From the IMG/VR virus record IMGVR_UViG_3300035665_000118, positions 1 to 37,677 of that record: a stretch of 37,677 nucleotides of DNA; one strand, given 5' to 3'. The DNA is from a virus (Duplodnaviria; Caudoviricetes). A program made the translations under genes and the position numbers. Under the pieces are notes generated by a model. It saw only the letters and a program-made list of their open reading frames with translations. It was not told the DNA's origin and did not search any database. Of the stretch, positions 28,897 to 36,964 are shown one piece after another (the first letter of the stretch is position 1; each line of letters starts with the position of its first letter).

Positions 28897-30365
28897 TATT
28901 GTTTAGCCCTAGAGGTAGGCAACATTGTCAATGTTGCTCCAATAGCGACCAAAGTACGCCTAGTAGAAACAGGAATGTTTGACCCCGTAGGAACATAGTT
29001 TTCAAACTGTGAACCAAAAATGTCAATCACTCCCTCAAATGCTTGTCGTACCTCAGTCGGGGCTGCTTGAACAGCCTCTACAATTAACGCAGCCTGTTCC
29101 TCTGTTAAATCAGCAGGGACAACCTCAGAAAACAACTGTTCGGCATCTTCTTCGCTAATTACTTGAAGAACAGCCACATTGGAAACCAACTCTGTTGCCT
29201 GTTCGCTGGAGATATCTGCAGCCAATATGGATTCTATAATGGCAACAACCTGTTCAGGGCTGGCATCTTCTAGGTCATCCAGTATTTCTTCAAATTGTTC
29301 ATCTGATATAATGTCTGATGATGAATCATCTAATATTAGTTCTGTTGTTTCTGGTGTATATTCCTCTGTCTGCTCTTGTTCTTCTGGCTGCGTTGTATCA
29401 ACGACATCAAGTTCGTCAAAAGTCTCAGGAACGGTTATCTCAACAGTGGTTGGAGTTTCAGGCTCGTCAAGTTCTGAATCAGGAATACTGGGACCAGTCT
29501 CGTTAGGATAGGTTGTAGATGTTTCCTCTATTTCGTCTAAAGGTTCGGTTGTGGTTGTTGTCGCTTCTTCTAAAGGTTCGGCTGTAATTGTTTCTTCAGG
29601 TTCGGTTGTAGATGTTGTTTGAGTTGGCACATAAGGTGCTTCAGTTGTTGTCGTTGTGGTGGCAGGCACTGTCGTTGTTGTTGTCGTTTGCGTGGTTGTT
29701 GGTGCAAGAGTTGTTGAAGTCGTTGTGGTCGTTTGTATGGGAAGGGTTGTCGTAGATGAAGTCGTGGTTGAAGTTGTTGTTGTTGTCTCTGGCAGCGTGC
29801 TTGTGGTTGTCGTGGTCGTGGTTGTTGTTGTGGTGGTTGGGCTACTACTAGTAGTGAACGCCGAGTCTGGGACTATCGCCCAGCCTTCATCATCAATGTT
29901 CCATGCGAGCATCAGGCAGGACGCACCGCCGTTCTCATACATAAACAACTGAAGCGGCAAACTCCCAGCGTCAAGTTCTAGTTCGTCCGACATACTCCAC
30001 GAACAACCTTGGTCATTCCAAACACCGAATGTGTTGCCGTCAATAGTTATCTCACCACCATCATCGTGAGCGAGCATGAACTCAATCGTGTTGTGTTCAG
30101 GGATGTTTATGTACCCTGTCATGTGAACCATGAACAGGTCGCCTGTGCAATCCTCGTATGGTTCACCATCATAGGAACGGTTTATATTGTTTTCTGTCTC
30201 AGTTCCGCAGACAGGGTATTCGTCAGTTGATTGAACTGGCGGGATTACATCAATCGTATAATAGGTGGTTGCTAAACCCGCAACTGGTTCTGCGTTAGCA
30301 TTTTGCGGTATAACCGCAAACAGGATTGCTGGTAGCGGTATAAGCCACCTAGTTAAATTGCGCAT
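28896..30365 (-). CDS. Exported PA14-domain protein with Thr-rich and acidic stalk
   Basis: Signal peptide ending ANA; PA14 motifs GL...YY, F.V..TGYI, HDDG..I.IDG, YENGG; poly-Thr tract. Confidence 0.8.
   Translation of the reverse strand: MRNLTRWLIPLPAILFAVIPQNANAEPVAGLATTYYTIDVIPPVQSTDEYPVCGTETENNINRSYDGEPYEDCTGDLFMVHMTGYINIPEHNTIEFMLAHDDGGEITIDGNTFGVWNDQGCSWSMSDELELDAGSLPLQLFMYENGGASCLMLAWNIDDEGWAIVPDSAFTTSSSPTTTTTTTTTTTTSTLPETTTTTSTTTSSTTTLPIQTTTTTSTTLAPTTTQTTTTTTVPATTTTTTEAPYVPTQTTSTTEPEETITAEPLEEATTTTTEPLDEIEETSTTYPNETGPSIPDSELDEPETPTTVEITVPETFDELDVVDTTQPEEQEQTEEYTPETTELILDDSSSDIISDEQFEEILDDLEDASPEQVVAIIESILAADISSEQATELVSNVAVLQVISEEDAEQLFSEVVPADLTEEQAALIVEAVQAAPTEVRQAFEGVIDIFGSQFENYVPTGSNIPVSTRRTLVAIGATLTMLPTSRAKQ
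29636..29838 (-). repeat. Low-complexity ACN (Thr) codon repeat
   Basis: (GTT/GTC/GTG)n-like tract on the + strand encoding a poly-Thr linker. Confidence 0.85.
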
Positions 30366-30868
30366 TTTTTGTTCAATCCTTGCCACAACAATTCAATTTT
30401 TGACAAATCAGCATTTTCAATACAGCCTAAAATTGTTGCTTTAGTGTTTGATATTTGTCGTGGATAACAGTCTGGAAATTTGTGCAACATTTGGTCTTGA
30501 TATTCTTGAACATTAACAAAAGAAGGTTTATCCAAATTATATTTTTGAGCATAGTTAAACATAACTTTGTTTGGTTCTGCGCTTAAATCAACAAGCGAAC
30601 AATAATAAACATTAAATTGACTTATTGTTTCGTAAAAATAACAATATGTATCTATCGTTTTTTGAATATTAAGTTTTGTATCTAAACAACACAATGAACT
30701 AATTGCATCTTTATAATGTCTAACAACAGTAATAGCATTATCGTTGTTTAAAGTTTTAGGATTGTGTTGCCCCCAAAACTTTTTATAATTTGGGAAAGCC
30801 AAATCAAGAATCAATCCAAGTGTATGAGTTCCGCTTCTAGGAAAAGTGTCGTAATTTAATGTTCCCAA
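30353..30868 (-). CDS. Sulfotransferase-like P-loop protein
   Basis: 5'-PSB-like TFPRSGTH and 3'-PB-like VVR...DAISS; visibly AT-rich. Confidence 0.6.
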   Translation of the reverse strand: MGTLNYDTFPRSGTHTLGLILDLAFPNYKKFWGQHNPKTLNNDNAITVVRHYKDAISSLCCLDTKLNIQKTIDTYCYFYETISQFNVYYCSLVDLSAEPNKVMFNYAQKYNLDKPSFVNVQEYQDQMLHKFPDCYPRQISNTKATILGCIENADLSKIELLWQGLNKKCAI

Positions 30869-31128
30869 GACAGACTTGTTTCATTCCAAACCCAAACAAG
30901 AATGTCATCAGGTTTTGGTGTTGGCGGCTGCCAATTATAATTGCTGTCAAGAATCCAAGATGGATATGGTTTCGGTGGAATAAAATTTGTTCCATCAAAA
31001 GTCCAACCAATACCACCACGACTACAAAGAACATAGGTTTTGGTTGTTTGTGTTGCAATAAAATTTTCATCAGCAACGATTACATTGACAACTGTGTTGT
31101 TCTCTATTTGTGCATAATTGTTAATCAT
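30856..31128 (-). CDS. Fibre-associated small protein (putative chaperone)
   Basis: YAQI.N..V.NVIV, GIGW..DG..FIPP.PYPSW, WQPP.P.P; family typically follows Gly-rich fibres. Confidence 0.7.
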   Translation of the reverse strand: MINNYAQIENNTVVNVIVADENFIATQTTKTYVLCSRGGIGWTFDGTNFIPPKPYPSWILDSNYNWQPPTPKPDDILVWVWNETSLSWEH

Positions 31129-32018
31129 GATGCAACCCTAAAAATAACAACCCCCGATTTACCATTTTTCCCTGCGTTTTGGGTATATGGCGCAGAACCG
31201 TTGCGACCACCACCGCCACCACCAGAACCATAAGAGACTCCAGCAGTTGAACCGCCGCTAGTTCCATCGCCACCTTGACCACCGCCAGTTCCACCAACGC
31301 CACGACCAAGAAAGTTGTATGCACCGCCACCACCGCCAGAAGCAAGCACCGTCATTCCTGTAAATGAAGTTGGAAAATTAGCAGCAGTCAAATTGGCATC
31401 AATACTTGTCATTGTGTATCCTGCGCCACCATTACCAGACTTAGTAGAACTACCGTTACCACCAACAGCCGTAGCACCACCGCCACCACCAGTAACATAA
31501 GCGAATCCACCATCTGCACCACCAGCAAATGTGTTAGAACCAGATGCACTTCCACCAGTTGGGTCGCCGCCGCCACCGCTACCACCAGTATTTCCAGTGC
31601 CTTGTCTGCCTGCACCGCCACCCAATGCAGTAAGAATATTTACAGCATTAATTTCTATAGTTGTAGTTCCGCCGTTTGTATTCGTAGTATCATCACTTGT
31701 ACCAACACCATTAGCACCAATAATGACAGATACCGTTGTGCCGTTAGTTGCAATAGTGGTAGAAGTAAACAAATCAAGTTCACCAGCACCACCACCGCCT
31801 GCTTGACCGAATCCACCAGAACCACCACCGCCAATAGCAAGACAATCTAAACTACCTTTACCCGTTGTAGTAAGACTTCCCGAAGAAGTAAATACAACAT
31901 ATGTAAATCCACCAACAGTAACAGTTTCTTGACCGCCACTTATTCTTAATGCTGGATTAGAAGGCAACCAATCGCTAACAGAAGTTGAAACCCGTGTGCG
32001 CTGACCGTATCTAGACAT
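31125..32018 (-). CDS. Glycine-rich tail fibre / receptor-binding protein
   Basis: FTSSG, GGGGAG, GGSGGGG repeats, C-terminal G.SGVVI. Confidence 0.8.
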   Translation of the reverse strand: MSRYGQRTRVSTSVSDWLPSNPALRISGGQETVTVGGFTYVVFTSSGSLTTTGKGSLDCLAIGGGGSGGFGQAGGGGAGELDLFTSTTIATNGTTVSVIIGANGVGTSDDTTNTNGGTTTIEINAVNILTALGGGAGRQGTGNTGGSGGGGDPTGGSASGSNTFAGGADGGFAYVTGGGGGATAVGGNGSSTKSGNGGAGYTMTSIDANLTAANFPTSFTGMTVLASGGGGGAYNFLGRGVGGTGGGQGGDGTSGGSTAGVSYGSGGGGGGRNGSAPYTQNAGKNGKSGVVIFRVAS

Positions 32019-32027
32019 CGCTAAACC

Positions 32028-32387
32028 TTAAGCGATTTCGTTTACATATCCGTGAATAACAAGAACATTCGCAGTCGCAGCAAACGCTTTAACAACAAGA
32101 GCAGTAGCGTTACCTTGCAACGGCAAACCAGGAACAATTAAAGTTAAACCAGTCTCAGGCTGAACTGTTAGTTCAATGTTGCCATCAGGTGCAGTAGCCT
32201 CGCCCCACTCAATCGTCAATTTAACAGCAGAAGCAGAAGTATTTACCACATACAACCACACCTCATGGAAATGTGCTGTGTTCGTAGGACCAGTATGAAT
32301 CGTTGTACCAGCCGTAGCAGTCTGAACAACCTTGATGCCTTTACCGTCAGTTGAACCGCTAAGGTGGTTTTTTGTAAATGTTGCCAT
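32028..32387 (-). CDS. Virion structural protein
   Basis: Beta-rich 119 aa in the fibre cluster; AGGAG SD. Confidence 0.6.
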   Translation of the reverse strand: MATFTKNHLSGSTDGKGIKVVQTATAGTTIHTGPTNTAHFHEVWLYVVNTSASAVKLTIEWGEATAPDGNIELTVQPETGLTLIVPGLPLQGNATALVVKAFAATANVLVIHGYVNEIA

Positions 32388-32420
32388 GTGTTATCTCCTA
32401 ATAAGTGGTTAAATCGTTCC

Positions 32421-32834
32421 CTAGTTAAATACTGCGTTACATAAAACATTATCGGCATCAGCAAAATCAACCGTTACCGACACCCCAGCAACCTGAGTAT
32501 CAACATAAGCCTGAGTAGCAACAGTACCAGTCTCATTAGGGAAAGTAAGAGTACGGTCAGCAGTCGGGTCCACAACCGTCAAAAAGGTTTCAAAATCGTT
32601 ATCGGTAGAACCCTCAAAACGAATCATATGTGTAGCAGGTAGTTCAATACCATGAATCTTTGTTGGAACACCACCACCAGCATCCAAACCAATAACAGCA
32701 ATAGCGGCAGCCAACTCTGCTGCCGTAATCTTTTTAGTTTCCGTAGCCGACACATCCACAATAGGGAACACATCTGTGCTAGCCGTGTTAGCGCCAGTTA
32801 GCGCCGTTAAAGCAGTTATCTTCTTATCAGCCAT
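32421..32834 (-). CDS. Fibre-related structural protein
   Basis: KIT.L, ETKKIT, FEG.T...FET.L...DPTADRT.T.P..TGT motifs. Confidence 0.65.
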   Translation of the reverse strand: MADKKITALTALTGANTASTDVFPIVDVSATETKKITAAELAAAIAVIGLDAGGGVPTKIHGIELPATHMIRFEGSTDNDFETFLTVVDPTADRTLTFPNETGTVATQAYVDTQVAGVSVTVDFADADNVLCNAVFN

Positions 32835-33120
32835 TACCAGCCTCCATTAAAACGAATGAACCATCCTCTAGTAACAAATCTGTTCCATCTTCCTGTTCTA
32901 AGTTGGAAACCGCAAAATCTGGGTCATTCCAATACGAATTAGCCAAATCGCCACGAGTTGTCCCCGTAGCGCCAGTAGCAGCATAAAACTCGTAACCCAA
33001 AGTGTTACTAAAGTTGTAACCGTTATCTTGAGCAAAGGCATACATCATGTCACCCAAAGTGGACAAACTAGGATACTGTGCCTGCAAAGACACAAACATT
33101 GCATCGTTAGTTGTAGCCAT
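32827..33120 (-). CDS. Structural hypothetical protein
   Basis: C-terminal EDG..LLLEDG..L.E motif seen in fibre-linked proteins. Confidence 0.6.
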   Translation of the reverse strand: MATTNDAMFVSLQAQYPSLSTLGDMMYAFAQDNGYNFSNTLGYEFYAATGATGTTRGDLANSYWNDPDFAVSNLEQEDGTDLLLEDGSFVLMEAGNG

Positions 33121-33122
33121 AC

Positions 33123-33572
33123 TTATAGTTCCTCTAGTTCCCTAGCAAAAGACTCTGTTTCCTGACGAATATGTTTCTCACCCAAAGCAGCCCTAGCAAT
33201 CAACGCATCCAACTCTGCATCAGAAATGTCCTCCAACTTCTGCGAGTGCTCAACCTTAATTTGTGTAGGAGCCAACCTGTTAGTTGCCTGAAGATATAAC
33301 TGTGCAGCCTTGTTATCGCCATCCAACGCTTTCGTATATAATGAATCCAACAACTTCTGTGACCGCTCAGGAGAACCCTGCAAGTCCTCAACCCGTTTAG
33401 CCCACTCCGCCTTGAAGGACGGTTTTTTTTGCCAGCGTCTAAGAGTTGTCGGGTCAATACTTTCCTGCTGAGCATACTTCTCTTGCGAACTAGGAATCCG
33501 ACCAGACGCTGGCGTGCATAGCCAGTTCAAATATTTTTCTTGTCTCGGGTCTAGGATGTTTTCTTTGTCCAT
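33123..33572 (-). CDS. terS: Terminase small subunit (HTH)
   Basis: MDKEN...; HTH ..A....I...TL.RW.K.P.F, AL.GD..AA.LYL; first gene of the late arm. Confidence 0.7.
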   Translation of the reverse strand: MDKENILDPRQEKYLNWLCTPASGRIPSSQEKYAQQESIDPTTLRRWQKKPSFKAEWAKRVEDLQGSPERSQKLLDSLYTKALDGDNKAAQLYLQATNRLAPTQIKVEHSQKLEDISDAELDALIARAALGEKHIRQETESFARELEEL

Positions 33573-33589
33573 GCTATTAATGTTCTTTC

Positions 33590-33605
33590 TGTTCCGTAGG
33601 GAACA
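33590..33605. promoter_or_regulatory. Back-to-back GGAAC motifs (divergent late promoter candidate)
   Basis: TGTTCC-GTAG-GGAACA inverted repeat between divergent genes; the same motif recurs upstream of several late genes. Confidence 0.6.
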
Positions 33606-33721
33606 ACGGGGGGGATTATAGGGGGGGTAAGGGATACTGGATAGTGTAGGTCGCTGAGTAACACGAAGCGACACAATAGAACAGTTTGTGCTGTTCACAA
33701 TCACAATAGGCGTGGACAACA

Positions 33722-34117
33722 ATGGCATACACTAAACCTGAATTACGACAGCGCATATTGTCTGCTGTTAAATCTGGTACCGATGGTGGCAAAGCAGGGC
33801 AATGGTCAGCACGCAAAGCACAAATAGTAGCGCAACGCTACAAGAAGGCTGGAGGCGGATACTCAGGACCTAAGACCTCTGCACAATCATCGCTCAGTAA
33901 ATGGTCTGGAGAGAAGTGGCGTACTAAGTCAGGTAAACCATCTACAGTGGGACCTAAGGCTACTGGTGAACGGTACCTACCATCTAAAGCCATTAAAGCA
34001 TTATCTGCCAAAGAGTACGCTAAGACTACTGCCGCAAAGCGTAAAGGCACCAAGGCTGGTAAACAGTTTGTTAAACAACCCAAGTCCATAGCAAAAAAAA
34101 CAAGGAGTTACCAATAA
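33722..34117 (+). CDS. Basic conserved phage protein (DUF5872-like)
   Basis: YTKPELR, GG..GQWSARKAQ, GGGY, W..EKWRTK, ERYLP; family assignment from memory. Confidence 0.7.
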   Translation: MAYTKPELRQRILSAVKSGTDGGKAGQWSARKAQIVAQRYKKAGGGYSGPKTSAQSSLSKWSGEKWRTKSGKPSTVGPKATGERYLPSKAIKALSAKEYAKTTAAKRKGTKAGKQFVKQPKSIAKKTRSYQ

Positions 34118-34380
34118 TGCCAAAAACTGCTGCATGGACAAGAAAAGAAGGCAAAAACCCTAAAGGTGGACTCAACGCCAAAGGACGAGCCTCATACAAA
34201 GCACAAACAGGAGGAACACTGAAACCACCTGTCTCAGCAAAACAAGCAGCCAAATCACCGAAAGCGGCTGCACGCCGCAAATCGTTCTGCGCACGAATGG
34301 GCGGCTCCAAAGGACCACTAAAAGACTCCAAAGGACGACCAACACGCAAAGCCCTAGCGCTGCGTAAATGGGATTGTTAA
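34117..34380 (+). CDS. Basic conserved phage protein (DUF6321-like)
   Basis: EGKNPKGGLNAKGR, LKPP, RRKSFCARM, ALRKW.C; family assignment from memory. Confidence 0.7.
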   Translation: MPKTAAWTRKEGKNPKGGLNAKGRASYKAQTGGTLKPPVSAKQAAKSPKAAARRKSFCARMGGSKGPLKDSKGRPTRKALALRKWDC

Positions 34381-34824
34381 AAATTTTATATATTATATTT
34401 TTGTAGGGGGACCCACAAACATGGTGTGGGGGTATCCGAACCTAAAAAAAGTTTGCTCCAACCCTAGGCTATAAGAATCATACACAGAGTGCATGCCCGT
34501 ACCCCCCCATGCCCCCATGCGTGGATGTGACAGTGTGGATAAGTTGATATTTCGGTGATATATCAGACCATAATGATTACAGGCAAATCAGAGGTCGCCT
34601 GATGTGGGCACATGTACCAGTCATGGGTACATAATGCACATCATTTAGGCGTCATTCGGGTGCGAAACGGACTGCTAAACGAACCTTTGATTTTTGGTGG
34701 GGGTATGGCGTTTTGGCAAACCGCCTGTTTAGTGTGTGATTTCGGTGCGCATTATGCGTAGGGAAACAGGCGTGTAAAAGGCGTGCGGTTTGATGTTTGC
34801 TTTTTGTTTTGGGATGTGTAATAG

Positions 34825-35250
34825 TGTTTGGCATCGGTTCTGAATTGTTGATGACTCATTGCGACCCAATGACGAGGCATATCAGACGATAGGCAACTCC
34901 ATCGGGTAATCTGATGGCTCATAGGTTGTCGCTGTGTGGTTCTGTGGCTTGCCCTCAACTACAAGTGCCCTTTGTCTAGAGGTTGGGCAGTGAATACGGG
35001 ATGCGGTAATTGTGCATCGGCATTATGGAATCGTGAGCGGTTCGGTATTCACAGACTGAGGCAAGTTCATTTGCGTAGTCATCGGCACACTTTGAGGGTG
35101 TTGCGGTTCGGGGACATGGCGAATGAATTTGCGGAGCGATTCATGGTGTGGCATCATTATGCCTTTACGAGTGAATCACGAATAGGTGGGGCTAGTGTCC
35201 TTGTAGCAGTGCGATTCTGTTACCATCTACGATGCAATTATGCAGATTAA
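34825..35250 (+). ncRNA. Candidate large structured non-coding RNA (~420 nt), family not recognised
   Basis: Ten or more nested helices with G-U pairs favouring the + strand, a GNRA loop and a possible long-range pseudoknot; no credible ORF. Confidence 0.65.
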
Positions 35251-35285
35251 GTAGCGATTACGAACATGGACTGGGGGGTTCATTT

Positions 35286-35606
35286 ATGAAATTGGCACAT
35301 ATTAACCCGAACGAATCGGGTCAATGGTTCCGTGAGGGTTCTGAGCGTAAGTGTGGTCAGTGGTCTTATCAAGACATATTGGATAGCGCTGGTCGTAAAC
35401 GCCGTTATGTTAAGCATCATGGTACGGTCATGGGTGCTTTTACGGATAGTGGTTATAAAAATGTTTGGCAATTTTTTCCGATTTCTACTGGTTGGGGCAG
35501 TGCTTCCGACCAGCAGGGCATGAACAAAATTATGCCTTCGGGATGGAAATTTCGCCGTAATGGTGGCAAGCCACGCTATGAATATAACGGAATTGAAATG
35601 TTATAG
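35286..35606 (+). CDS. Early hypothetical protein
   Basis: MKLAHIN...; GGGGG SD; GWGSASDQQGMN motif. Confidence 0.75.
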   Translation: MKLAHINPNESGQWFREGSERKCGQWSYQDILDSAGRKRRYVKHHGTVMGAFTDSGYKNVWQFFPISTGWGSASDQQGMNKIMPSGWKFRRNGGKPRYEYNGIEML

Positions 35607-35622
35607 ATAGTTTTGCTATACT
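35593..35622 (+). promoter_or_regulatory. Housekeeping-sigma promoter
   Basis: TTGAAA-N18-TATACT with an extended TG. Confidence 0.6.
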
Positions 35623-35713
35623 TAATTGAATACGATGGTGGACGAGCATGGTGCTCGTCATTAGATGTCCGTGAACGGACAGCCATTACACAACTTGACT
35701 GGGAGGTCATTTC

Positions 35714-36964
35714 ATGAGTGCAGTTAAATCGTTAAAAGTCATAGGATATGACTCAAGTAATTATGTTGTCACTTTTGAGGACAACAGCACTAAACACTTT
35801 AGTGATTGTGTGAAAAACGAGAAGATTGCTTTATGCAATTTTCTCGGTATCTATTTCAAGGGTAAACCTGCTCAGTATCATTCGCTGGTTGCGATTAATG
35901 ATGCCATTGTGAATGGCAAGCCATTTATTGTTTATTCGCCTCCTGTACATTCAGTGCCTTATGAGCCCGTAGTGGTTCCTCAACCTACGGTTTCGGCTGG
36001 TTCGTTGGATGGTGCGATTCAACTTGTGGTGCATAATGCGGTGCAAGTTGCATTGGACAAGTTCAAGGCTGGGGTTGATGAAACACAAGTTCAGCAACTA
36101 GTTGCCGATGCGATTGACCCACTGTTTAATGGCTTCAAGCATGAGGTTACCAAGCAGATTGATTCGCTTCGTCCTCAGGTCATGAATATCACGGTTGCCA
36201 ATAAACCTACGGTTCAGATTCAAGGTGTTTTGCATAATCGGTTTACCGATATTTTGCACACTGTTGGTGCTGGTGTCCATGCTTACCTTGTGGGTTCTGC
36301 TGGTACAGGTAAATCTACGATTGGTAAGCAGGTTGCTGATTCTTTGAATGTGCCGTTTGCATCCAAGTCGGTTTCGGGGCAGACTCCTGAATCGGCGTTG
36401 GTGGGCTATATGGCTGGCGGTGGCAACTATGTTGGTACCGAGTTTCGCCGTATCTTTGAGCATGGCGGTGTGTTCTTGCTGGACGAAGTGGACAACGGCA
36501 ACCCGAATGTGCTCAATGTGTTAAACAGTGCCCTTGCGAACGATGCTATGGCGTTTGCCGATGGCATGGTTTCACGGCATCCGAATTTCGTTGCGATTGC
36601 CACAGCGAATACCTACGGTAACGGTGCTACTGCCGAGTATGTGGGGCGTAACCCGATTGACAAGGCGTTTCTGAATCGTTTTGCAACGATTGACATTGAC
36701 ATTGATGAGAATGTTGAAGATGCGATGCTTAATTCGGTTGGCTTGTCGTTGGATGTGTCCCGTCTGTGGATAACAGCGATTCGCAAAGCACGAGCCAATG
36801 TGTTCAGTGCTGGGTTGCGAGTGTTGGTTACCCCACGCAACACACTGAATGGTGCCAAACAGATTGGTGCTGGAATGGCTCCTGCGAAGGCGTTTGCGAC
36901 ACAGATAACCGCTGGACTCAAGCCTGAGCAGTTGGACAAGGTGATGGCTGGTGTCACTATCTAG
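35714..36964 (+). CDS. MoxR/CobS-like AAA+ ATPase
   Basis: GSAGTGKS, FLLDEVD, ATANT, DKAFLNRF, TPR. Confidence 0.9.
   Translation: MSAVKSLKVIGYDSSNYVVTFEDNSTKHFSDCVKNEKIALCNFLGIYFKGKPAQYHSLVAINDAIVNGKPFIVYSPPVHSVPYEPVVVPQPTVSAGSLDGAIQLVVHNAVQVALDKFKAGVDETQVQQLVADAIDPLFNGFKHEVTKQIDSLRPQVMNITVANKPTVQIQGVLHNRFTDILHTVGAGVHAYLVGSAGTGKSTIGKQVADSLNVPFASKSVSGQTPESALVGYMAGGGNYVGTEFRRIFEHGGVFLLDEVDNGNPNVLNVLNSALANDAMAFADGMVSRHPNFVAIATANTYGNGATAEYVGRNPIDKAFLNRFATIDIDIDENVEDAMLNSVGLSLDVSRLWITAIRKARANVFSAGLRVLVTPRNTLNGAKQIGAGMAPAKAFATQITAGLKPEQLDKVMAGVTI

Noticed and set aside
29656-29952. Poly-Val ORF on the + strand
   Set aside because: Antisense shadow of the poly-Thr codons
34595-34680. Possible second hammerhead (CTGATG...GCAC/GTGC-GAAAC)
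   Set aside because: Core reads CUGAUGU, and stems I and III cannot be formed around a cleavage triplet
34947-35082. Group I intron-like core (UUCACAGACU resembling the R element, UAGUC, and a P3/P4/P6-like helix order)
   Set aside because: Only about 10 nt lie between the P3'-like strand and UAGUC, leaving no room for P8 plus J8/7. AGUC pairs better in the 11-bp helix with 34846-56, and no interrupted gene flanks it. A remote relationship is not excluded.
34936-35250. 104-aa ORF across the structured region
   Set aside because: No SD, atypical composition, and it overlaps the dense helix set; likely spurious
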